DNA of 64,000 bases from Scyliorhinus canicula (lineage: Eukaryota). Shown piece by piece: positions 37,630-48,060 of the stretch. Made by a program: the position numbers and the translations under genes. Each line of letters starts with the position of its first letter. Position 1 is the stretch's first letter. The notes under the pieces were generated by a model. The model did no database searches and had not been told where the DNA came from. It was given only the letters and a program-made list of their open reading frames with translations. The stretch spans positions 92,015,030 to 92,079,029 of the forward strand of contig NC_052154.1 in assembly GCF_902713615.1 (NCBI RefSeq), given 5' to 3'.

Positions 37630-39285
37630 ATGTTCTAGCTTTGATGTGGAGATGCCAGTGTTGGACTTGGTTGGGCACAATAAGAAGTCTTACAACACCA
37701 GGTAATATCCAACAGGTGTGTTTCGAATCATCAGCATTCAGAGCACAGCCCCGTTTCTTGGAGAGTGAAGTGGTGGGATCCACAACCTCATATATAGACA
37801 AAGTCAATGATGCAAGACGATAATTTGAATGTAAGCATTTGCAAGTAATTAAGTTTTTACAAGTCCAGACGGAGCGACTGGAGAGAGGGATAATCACACG
37901 TTAAAAAGGTGTGAATTCTCTCATGCCACGACAGTTGGTAGGATTTCCCATGCTCAGCCCAGATTGTGGTGGTGAATGTAATGAGTCATGAATCCCCGAT
38001 CCCGGTTGAGGCCATACTCATGTGTGCGGAACTTCGCTATCAGTTTCTGATCGGTGATTCTGTGTTGTCGCACGTCCTGAAGGCTACATTGGAGAACGCT
38101 TACCCGAAGATCAGAGGCTGAATGCCCTAGACTGTTGAAGTGTTCCCCGACTGGTAGGGACCATTTCTGCCTGGCGATTGTCGCACGATGTTCGTCCATC
38201 GGTTGTCACAGCATCAGCATGGTCTTGAAAATGTACCACACCTCGAGTCATCCTTTCCCCCAGCACATGAGGCAGACAACATTGGCTGAATCACGCGAGT
38301 ATATACTGCATACCTGGTGGACGGTGTTCTCACGTGTAATGATGATGCCCATGTCGATGATCTGGCATATCATGTAGAGATTGCCATGGCAGGGTTGTGT
38401 GGTGTCGTGGTCAACATAAAAGACAGCTACAGATGCTGAAACACGTCCTCGTATGTATGGGATATGCTGCTCGACTCATTAATGGACAGTTCCAACGCAA
38501 AACAGCAAAAAACCGCACCGAGCTCCTCGGAAGAATAACACAGGGCACAGCCAACAGAGTACCCTTCGTTGTCCAGTATTTCTCAGCAGCAGAGAAACAA
38601 TGACATCTTCTTTGCAGCCTTCAACACGTCATCGATTAAGAGGAACATCTTGCAAAGGCTATCCCTACACCCCCACTACTTGCCTTCAACCAACCACACA
38701 CCTCGAACAGACCGCTGTTGGAAGAAAACTATCCTGCCGTGAGGTGAACAGCAACCATGAGAACACACAACGCTGCCATGGCAACCTCTGTAGGACGTGT
38801 CAGATACTCATAGAATCAAAGAATTTAGAGTGCAGAAGGAGGTCAGTCGGCCCATTTATCTGCACCGGCACTTGGAAACAGTACCCTTCTCCAGCCCACA
38901 CGCATGAATACGGCCTCCACCGGGACCTGTCTCTATATTCACCCCCCCCCCCTCCACCCCCCCAGCCCTCCCCACCACCACCACCATCACCACCATGTGG
39001 CTGAGCTTGGAAAATGCTATCAACTGTTCTGGCTTGAGACAATTCACACGTTTTTAACCTGTGATTATCCCCTTCTCCAGTTCTGTATGGACCTGTAAGG
39101 ACTTAATTACCTGATAATTTTCGTATTAAAAATATCATCTTGCATTAATGAATTTGTCTATATTTGCGGCTAAGGAACCCACCTCTTCACGAACCTGATG
39201 AAGGAGCTGTGCTCCGAAAGCTAGTGATTCGAAACGAACCTGTTGGACTTTAACCTGGTGTTGTAAGCCTTCTTATTGTTCCAGC
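37630..39285. mobile_element. Penelope-like element with inverted arms (- 37630-38414; + 38415-39285)
   Basis: Minus arm has the GIY-YIG C-terminus (EHRATI...PVGEHFNS.GHSASDLRVSVLQ...KLIAKFRTHEYGLNRD). Plus arm has TANRVPFVVQYF linker and the same THEYGL.RD end. Both terminate in the same pLTR sequence (...aacctgttgga...cctggtgttgtaag). Confidence 0.85.
39191..39230 (+). ncRNA. Minimal type-I hammerhead ribozyme motif in Penelope pLTR
   Basis: CUGAUGA(39195-201)-A-GGAGC/ugu/GCUCC stem II-GAAA(39216-219)-GC-UA. Stem III is reduced to palindromic AGCU. Stem I is only partly paired in this copy. Confidence 0.55.
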
Positions 39286-40269
39286 TATGGGTAGAGAATT
39301 CAATGCCCTGTGGTCTGCCGGTGGCAAGGTTACACTAGAACTGTATGATATGAGTGACAGCTGAATGCACTCAACAGGTCTTTACCTGACCTCGTCTGCC
39401 ACTCCCCCTGGAATAAGAGGTACCAAGTATTAATTTCAGAGACATTAGAAAATGGTACCTGCCAAAATGCCACCGATTAAAGGTAACAAGAAAACAATGA
39501 TGGTGGAATAGGTGACATCAGTTGGCTGTCACCATAACTGAGTGTGATAATTTGCACATCAATAAGGCTTCGAACGAAGATGGGAAATGGTGAGAGACTC
39601 TTGACAAATTAAAACAAAATACCAGTCGGAGAACCCTGGGCACTGCGATATTAAATGAAAATTGTGACTAATGAAAATGATCGATTATTTAAAACAGAAA
39701 AAAACGTGAAAAACATCTGACGATACGTGGATTTCTAAAAAGGCATTTCACTAAAGTTAACCTTAATGGGCTTATTCTGCAAATTTTAATGCACTGTTGC
39801 AAAAAAACGAACGGAGCCCGGTGAATGCAGAAGTAGTTCCACGCATTGCTGTCATCTGCAGCCATGTAACTGAGACTGTCATGACAGCTTGGATTTGATG
39901 AACCGAATCAGATGATGAATCAGATGGAGTTGACGAGCAATGCATATTTTCGCATGATGGAAGGCTGCAAATGAAGGAATACGCCAAGGAATTGTTATGA
40001 TGAGGAAACGGTCAAACAGTATGCATATAGGATCTGAGCTGAAATATCGTGAGAGCAGTTTCGAAGTTCTTTGATGATGGCTAAATGGGTGATTATGACT
40101 TAGGTAACACTGACAGAGAAAGCAGCGGACTTCAGTATGACTCGAAGAGTTTAATGGAATGGTTTCAAGGTAGTTGCAACTTAAGGTGAATAAAGCTGGT
40201 TTGTAAATGCTTCAGGGAAGAGGAGCTACCAAGAAACGGAGACGTGTTTTTCACGTGGCTTGCTGTTGA

Positions 40270-41925
40270 TATTCAGTGGAGCTGGCAGAAGTCAGAGTCG
40301 GAAAAGCCATCCGAGATACCAAGAGAGAGTATCAAACCAAGCGAGAGTCACAGGCAGACTCTCGAGGGTTGTGGCAAGGACTAAACAACATAACGGGCCA
40401 CAAGGCGAAGCCGAACAGTATCTATGGCAGCAACGCACCCCTCCCCAATGAACTCAATGTATTCTATGCTCCGTTCAAGCAGGTAACCAACAATCCGCTG
40501 TTGAGTGCCCCAGCAGCCCATAATTCACCCATACCAACCATCACAGCTTCCGAAGTCAGATCGGCCTTCCTGAAAGTGAAACCTCAAAAGACGACGGGCC
40601 CGGATGGGATTCCTGGTCGTGCACTCAGAGCCTGCACGGACCAGCTGGCAGAGGTATTCAGGCATCTTTAACCTGTCCTTGTTCCACTCCGAGGTCCCCA
40701 CCTGCTTTAAGAAGAGAACCATCATACCGAGACCAAAGAAGAACCAGGCAACGTGCCTCAATGACTAACGTCCAGTGAAAAATGAAAAAAAATGAAAATC
40801 GCCTATTGTCACGAGTAGGCTTCAATGAAGTTACTGTGAAAAACCCCTAGTCGACACATTCCGGCGCCTGTCCGGGGAGGCTGGCCCTGACTTCAGTCAT
40901 AATGAAGTGCTCCTCGAGGTTGATCGTGAAGCGCATCACCTCCTTACTCCCAGAACGCCTTGATCCACTGCAATTCGCATACCGTTGCAACTGGTCCACA
41001 TCAGACGTAATTTCCCTGGCCCTACACTCATCCCTAGAGCATCTCGAAAACAAGGACTCCTACATCAGACTCCTATTTATTGACTACAGCTCCACCTTCA
41101 ACACCATATTCCTAGTCAAGCTCATATCAAAGCTCCAAAACCTAGGACTTGGCTCTCCACTCTGCAACAGGATCCTCGATTTTCTGACCAACAGACCACA
41201 ATCAGCAAGAGTGAACAACAACACCTCCTTCACGATTTTCCTCAGTACCGGGGCCCCGCAAGGCTGCGTACTTAGCCCCCTACTCTACTCCCTATACATA
41301 CACGAATGCGTGGCAAAACTTGGTTCCAACTCCATCTACAAGTTTGCTGACGATGCGACCACAGTGGGCCGGATCTCGAATAACGACGAGTCAGAATACA
41401 GGAGGGAGATAGAGAACCTAGTGGAGTGGTGTAGCGACAATAATCTCTCCCTCAATGCCAGCAAAGCTAAAGAGCTGGTCATTGACTTCAGGAAGCAAAG
41501 TACTGTCCACACCCCTGTCAGAATCATGGAGATGCTTAGCCGTTTCAGATTCCTAGCGGTGCACATCTCCAAAAATCTGTCCTGGTCCACCCACGTCGAC
41601 GCTACCACCAAGAAAGCACATCAACGCCTATACTTCCTCAGGAAACTAAGGAAATTGGGCATGTCCACATTAACCCTTACCAAATTTTACAGATGCACCA
41701 TAGAAAGCATCCTATCGGGCTCAATCACAGCCTGGTATGGCAACTGCTCGGCCCAGGACCGCAAGAAACTTCAGAGAGTCGTGAACACCGCCCAGTCCAT
41801 CACACAAACCTGCTTCCCATCCATTTACTCCATCTACACCTCCCGCTGCCTGGGGAAAGCGGGCAGCATAATCAAAGATCCCTCCCACCTGGCTTACTCA
41901 CTCTTCCAACTTCTTCCATCGGGCA
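40270..41925 (+). mobile_element. Rex1/Babar-type non-LTR retrotransposon RT region, with a SINE fragment (-) at ~40777-40885
   Basis: [46 protein letters not shown]...[44 protein letters not shown]. Confidence 0.9.
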
Positions 41926-42754
41926 GTACACGTGACAATAAACAAATCCAATCCAATCCAATCGAAAAGAACGATGTTGCAGCGGTGAAAAAGTTCTGGA
42001 ATCAATCTTGCGACACCCATGACGTGACGCTACAATGACGAGCGATGGCTATTTTTCATGGGGGAGGAGTTACACTGTGGCTCTTGTAAGTTGCAAATGG
42101 AGCAATATGTTTATGATGGTCAACTTTGTATTGGTCCTTCAGATATAATCTGTGAAGACATGCATTCTAGATGCATTTAAAAGACTTGCGCTAGTACCTA
42201 GCAAGTGCAATTTAGAAGTTATGTATGTCAGGGAAATGGCATTTCAGGTATGCAGCATAGAAAACAGTCGCAACAATCAGAATTACATGAAGTGATCCCA
42301 CACAGAATTGGTCCAACTTAATGCGAATGGCATTGACGTGTGGCCTCTCGGTGAGACGAAAACCATGAGGGGAGCAGTGCAATCTAAATAAAAACATTTT
42401 TGGGCAAAATCAGGAGAACAACAGGATGTATATTCTGGAGACTTGTAAACTAATTTAGGAAAATTGTAAGGTGCTAACGATGTGCCTGGAATGAATTGAA
42501 TTTGTACATAGCGACATTAAATCTAAATTTGCGAAGGTGACGCAAAAGTTAGAAATCACTGCTCAGCCTTCAACTGAAATATTGTCCACAATTCTGCACA
42601 ACACAGGACGGTAAGCATGTCAATAACCTGGTAAATTTACACGGGACGTTTGCGGGAATTAATGCATTCAGTTATTTGCAGAGTTTCTAAAATCTGGGAC
42701 TTTCTCATTAGAGGAGCTAAAATCAAGATCTTCTGTAAATCCTGGTTCAGAATT

Positions 42755-43055
42755 GTGAAGCGTTTGACAGGGCTGCCTCACAGCGCCAGTGATCCAGGTG
42801 TAAATCCTCCCTTGATTAACTGCTGTGAGGAGGTTGCAAGTACTCCTGTGTATGCATGGGTTACTTTCATGTGCTTTGGTTTCCTCTCCCAGTCGAATAA
42901 TGTGCAGGTTAGTTTACAGGGATAGGGCGCAGTGGTCGTGGGGAGTGGGGGTGCGGTAAGTCTGCATGGGGAACTGTTTCGGAAGTTTGCTGTGGACTCA
43001 ATTGGCCAAATGACCTCCTTATGCATTGCCTTATGCCTCCTCTATGATCTATGAT
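42755..43055 (+). mobile_element. Decayed V-SINE
   Basis: ctgcctcacagcgccag...gtgtatgcatgggtt...gtgcaggttag...tggactcaattggccaaatgacctcc. Confidence 0.6.
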
Positions 43056-43355
43056 CTTCTGTGATCCACCTACTGCATACCTAGCTCGCAGCTACATAGC
43101 TATATTTGTTGTCTAAAACTAAAATACATTTGAGGAGAAATATTTTTTTCTTTAAATTATTGTTCGATTAGTATATAAGGAATGTCTGAGCAGCAACCGT
43201 TGAATATGTGATTGAAGACACCTCATTTACAGAGTTATTACAAAACCAAAGATCTGCAGCGTGTGGTTAAATGATATAACATTTTATCTGGAATCCCCAT
43301 AGCTATGCCAGACCGGATATGATTTAAATTTATATTCCACTTTCAGAATCCTTAC

Positions 43356-43667
43356 CTTTGATGGGATAGGTGACAATGTGAGTGGCCGATGCTGGAACCT
43401 GAAGGGTACTGTGAGTTACCAGGCATGTATAAACAGTTCCATCCCGGATTGTCTGTGTCTCTTGCAAACGGCTAGAAGCTTCATATAGTCCATTGATATT
43501 CAATGTAATGACGGTCTTTATTCCTGTTGTGGTTTCTTTGCCATCCTTATACCATGTGAAGCTGATATTCTTTGGGAAAAAGGAAGGTGTTGAGCATAAA
43601 ACAGCAGGGAGCACAAATGCATCATTTTCAAGGTGCTGTGAGTAAATCTTCAGTGGGGTTGGTCGGG
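43356..43667 (-). CDS. Exon 3, Ig C1-set domain
   Basis: Acceptor atgttcctag|CC and donor AAAG|gtaagg; 312 nt, phase 1-1. Encodes LCSTPSFFPKNISFTWYKDG...NGLYEASSRL...YTCLVTHSTL, i.e. C1-type CxxxxF(F/Y)PxxIxxxW and the YxCxVxH Ig/MHC signature. Confidence 0.93.
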
Positions 43668-44209
43668 CTAGGAACATGTAAGAGAAGGGAAAAAGCTGTT
43701 TTTAAAAGTCAGAAAAGATTAACTTTGGGTTCATCCAATGCCTGTCCAAATTTCGCAGCGTTGGAGAATGAAGAGCGTGGCAGGCGTTGAACATGGGTTT
43801 TACTGTACACAATAGGTATCGACACCCTAAACAACATCTTTATAAATACGATCGACAACAATGTTTAGATGCAAGCGGACAAATATCAGGTGAGGGAAAA
43901 GTTCTGCCTATTCCGAAAAATGCACGCTTTTCCTTTTGTTGGAAAATAAATATGGAGTGGACTCTGAACTGACATCCGATGGACTATGCTGTGTGTTATG
44001 ACATGTCTTTGCGAAAATACTATACTGTTGAGCTTCAAAAGTGAAAGTAAAATCTACTACCTGATTCACATGAGGATACAGATGATTCCATCGTTATTGT
44101 GTATCAAAAGGATGATGTAAATGCAGGTTGGGATATGAAGCAGCCTTTACTTCTTAATATTACGAGCTTAAAAATCTTAGCTGTTACTTGTTAATTTATA
44201 GTAGGAGCA

Positions 44210-45325
44210 AAGAGCAAAGAACGATAAAGCACAGGAACAAGCCCTTCTGCCCTCCACACCTGCGCCGACCATGGTACCTGCCTAAACTAAAACCGTATGC
44301 ACTTCCTGAGTCGATATCCTTCCATTCCCACCCTATTCATATATTTGTCTAGATGCCCCTTAAACTCCATTATCGTACCAGCTCCCACCACCTCTCAAGG
44401 CCGTGCGTTCCATATATTTACCACCCTCTGTGTAAAAGACTTGCCTCGCACTTCTGTTCTAAACTTTTCCCCACGTACTTTCAATCTATGTCCTCTAGTC
44501 CCTGACTCTCTTACCCTAGGAATGAGCATCTGACTATCCACTGTGTTCATGCCACTTACAATCTTGGAAATCTCTATCAGGTTGCCTCTCAACCTCCGTC
44601 ATTCCAGTGAGAACGCAATAAGTTTAACTAACCTCTTCTCAGAGTAAATGCCCTCCATTCCAGGCAACATCCGAGGAAATTACTTCTGTACCCTGTAGGA
44701 AGCATCCACATCATTTTGGTAGTGTGGCGTCCAGAATTGTACACACCATTCCAAATCAGGCCTAACTGAGGTTCTGTACAGCTGCAACATGACTTGCCAA
44801 TTTTTATACTCAATGCCCCGACCAATGAAGGCCAGCATGCTGTGTGCCTTAATGACCACCTTATCCACATGCGTTGCCCCTTTCAGTTGTCGGAGGACAT
44901 GCACGCCCAGATCTCTCTGACTGTCAGTACTCGCAAGAGTTCTACCATTTATTGTATAATTCCTACATCCATTGGACCTTCCAAAGTCCATTACCTCACA
45001 TTTGTCCGAATTAAACTCCGTCAGCCATTTTTCCTCCCAAGACTCCAAGCAGTTTATATCTTGCTGTCTCCTCTGACAATCCTCCTCTGTCGCTGCAATT
45101 CCAGCACTTTTTGTGTCTTCCACGAACTTGCTAATTGGACCAGCTACATGATTTTCAAAATTATTTATATATACCATGAACAATGAAGGCCCAAGGACTG
45201 ATCCCTGTGGAACGCCGTTAGTCACAGCCTTTCATTCAGAAAAACACCCTTCTACTTCTTCCCGATGTCATCTGTGCCCAAGCCCGTTCTGTATCCAGCT
45301 TACCTGCTCTTCACTGATCCCAAGG
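44210..45325 (-). mobile_element. CR1 RT/3' fragment with internal deletion, intron 2
   Basis: ORF 44680-45225 [10 protein letters not shown]...QAQLGLI region. Tail ctttgctctttgc at 44205-44220. Confidence 0.88.
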
Positions 45326-45790
45326 GCAGCACTGTAGTACAGTGGTTAGCACAGTTGCTTCACTGATGCAGGGTCACAGGATAGAACATAGAACATAGAA
45401 CATTACAGCGCAGTACAGTCCCTTCGGTCCTCGATGTTGCGCCGAACTGTGAAACCACTCTAAAGCCCATCTATTCCCTTATCGCCCATATGTCTATCCA
45501 ATGAAATCGATTCCTGGGTTGGGTCACTGTCTGCGCGTGGTCTGCACATTCTCCGCATGTCTGTGTGGGTTTCCTCCGGGTGCTCCGGTTTCCTCCCACA
45601 GTCCAAAGATGTGCAGGTTATGTGGATTGGCCATGATAAATTGCCCTTAGTGTCCAAAAACCTTCAGGATTACTGGGGCATGGGGAGAGTGTGGAGGCTT
45701 GGGCTTAAGTGGGGTGCTCTTTCGAAGAGCCGGTGCAGACTCGATGGGCCCAATTGCCTCCATCTGCACTGTAAATTATATGATTCTATG
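45325..45790 (+). mobile_element. V-SINE interrupted by a ~120-bp antisense CR1 3' tail (45383-45505)
   Basis: The SINE head stops at cacaggat and resumes at aatcgattcctgggttggg. The insert is the catagaacatagaac...gttgcgccgaactgtg CR1 tail. Confidence 0.82.
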
Positions 45791-46580
45791 ATATTATGAA
45801 TTCACCTTTTGTACCAGTCTACCGTGAGGTACATTGTTAAGAAGTTTTCATCCTTGGTTACCAAGTTGAAAAAAATAAACGATGAAATATTTAAAAACCC
45901 GTTTGCACGTTTGGGAGTCTCATTACTGGGAACTAGTCGAGTTAAGACATACACGTCATACATACATAGATGCAAGTGTCCTTTAAAGGTACTACTTGCA
46001 TTGTTGCTTTCATACACTACCGCTGCAACATTTCGATTGAACATCTAATAGATTATAATCATCGTGATCAATATTTCTGCAATTCTGGAACATACAATAG
46101 ATTAGGAACTATAGCGGCCGTCTTTGCTATTTTAACGTTTACTAATGAAACAATTGGAAGAGATATCGCTCGTTCTACAGGCTCTACGGTCTTCTGGATT
46201 CTTATTTGGCTTTCCCCAAATGAGGCTCCAGTTCCACTTTGACAAAGGGTCACCTGGACTCGAAATAGTAGCGCTTTTCTCTCCCCACAGATGCTGCCTG
46301 ACCTGCTGAGATTTTCCAACATTTTCTTTTTGGTTCCAGTTCCACTGCATTGTGACTGATTCTTAGCTGCCCTTGGGCATGACGGAGCAGGTAATTCAGT
46401 TCCGTTGCAGTTCGGGATGGGCAACAAAAGTTGATTTTGCCAGTGAAATCCGGCAGACCACGGAAGGGTAAACAATAAGTGTTAGGTTGCAAGGTAAACC
46501 TTCTGAAACACAATCGAGAAAAGATTCGAAGTAAGAAGTAATAGTGATATATTCCAATCTCGTCTTATTTTCATACCTAC

Positions 46581-46901
46581 CACAGACTGTTAACCTGGAC
46601 CCGGTTCCGTTGGCAACAAGTTTACCTCGTCGGGCGACGCTGCAATAGTATACTCCTGCGTCCTGCAAACTCAAATTGTGTATCTGGAGGGTGCCGCTGA
46701 AAGTATTAATCAGGACAGTTACTTTTCTGGCATCTTGTTCCCTGCAAAGATATTGATTATCACCATGTTTCCACCAGCGTATCTTTACAGCTGGGCCATC
46801 TTCAATGTAAGGAAGCGAGCAAAGAAAGGAAACATTTTCACCTGTGTTTTTGGTCACATTTTCTGGGTGCTGGAGTATCTTCGCTGAAGTTTGCTCGGCG
46901 T
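46581..46901 (-). CDS. Exon 2, Ig V-set domain with J-like G strand
   Basis: Acceptor ttctctgtag|AC and donor TGTG|gtaggt; 321 nt, phase 1-1. Encodes (D)AEQTSAKILQHPENVTKNTGENVSFLC...IRWWK...QDAGVYYCSVARRGKLVANGTGSRLTVC, with canonical B-strand Cys, C-strand Trp, DxGxYxC and GxGxxLTV. Confidence 0.93.
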
Positions 46902-47057
46902 CTACAGAGAATCAAAGCCGAATTAATGAAGTGAAATGAAATGTCAAAAAGCGAGTTTGTTCCTCTGTCCGAAGGGAAAAAAAACTATGATGTACGAAAT
47001 GAACGTTATATAATTGCGCGACTTAATCAGAAAAGAACACATTAAATGAGCAGATAC

Positions 47058-47136
47058 CTGTAATGATAAGCGACAGAGCCGAGAGGCTGTGGAATACAAC
47101 ACTCAGGAACATTCTCAACAAGTTGCTGAGCTGCAT
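47058..47136 (-). CDS. Exon 1 (signal peptide) of V-C1 Ig-superfamily ITIM/ITSM receptor
   Basis: Minus strand ATG CAG CTC...ATT ACA G|gtatct encodes MQLSNLLRMFLSVVFHSLSALSLIIT. It is hydrophobic and leader-like, 79 nt, with a phase-1 donor matching the phase-1 acceptor of the V exon 156 nt downstream. In-frame Met9 (agaATG) has the better Kozak context. Confidence 0.8.
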
Positions 47137-47749
47137 CCGCAGACATTGGCTGATGTTTAAATAACGCCAATGTTGTCACGTATGCAATACGTCACAAGCA
47201 AGAGCAAAATACGGTCCGTGTGGTGAGAACATAGTATCTTTAGAATCTCGTTGGCTGATGTCTGCTTAAACAAATAGAAATTTTCAGAAAAAAAATCACG
47301 TAGTCAATTTTCCACACAACAGGAGGGTCGGAAAACCCTAGCAACGTCCTTTCGGAAGGAATGATGTTACGATTGGGCTGTTTAGGAGTTCGGGATTCCA
47401 GTGTTCTGCGCAGAGAATTTCTCTGAATTGCTGAGATGGTTGCAAGGCAGAATCACCGAAAATCTGCTCGTCTTTCTAATTCTGGCAGGCGCTGACTCTT
47501 TCAAGCTTTCTGTTGAAGATCGCGATTGAGATTTTGAGAACTAAAGCAAGGAAAATCATTTCTTCTGTATAAAATTTCAGGTGAGGTAAATGCTTGTTTC
47601 ATGCCGCACGGGAGGAAGAAATGGCTGATTTAAACACTGCGCACCAAATATTGCGTGGGATTGTCCTAATGTCCATTGCTAGCACCGCGATTTCGGATAA
47701 GCGATCCAATCAATATACAGTTTATAGAACCACAGAGTCCCTATAGTAC

Positions 47750-48060
47750 AGCGGGAAGCCATTCAACCCCGAGGGTCTGCATCCACCCTCTGAAACAGCA
47801 CCCTACCGAGGTCCACACCCCGCTCTGTCCCTGGGACCGCACCGAACATGCATATCACGAGAGTCTAAGGGACAAATTAGCATGGCCAATCCACCTAACC
47901 TGCACATCAGTTGACTGTTGAGAGGAACCAGAGAAGCCGGAGGAAATGCAGGCTGAGATGATGCGAAAATCTAAACACCACAGAGACAGCAACCAAGGTC
48001 TGAATTGAAACTCAGTCCCTGGAGCTGTGAGGCAGCAATGCTAACCAAGAGCCACCGTCC
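47750..48060 (-). mobile_element. Decayed V-SINE
   Basis: caaattagcatggccaatccacctaacctgcacatc...ccctggagctgtgaggcagcaatgctaacc. Confidence 0.7.

Noticed and set aside
30206-43355. Apparent antisense bias of long LINEs in the gene's introns
   Set aside because: Too few elements, and there are counter-examples (sense CR1 at 44210-45325, sense SINE at 29121). Not testable in one locus.
46396-46580. ORF read-through past the V exon, and past the C1 exon (43330-43355), suggesting secreted isoforms
   Set aside because: Both continuations begin at strong GT donors, and no convincing nearby minus-strand AATAAA was found. They are treated as intron sequence.
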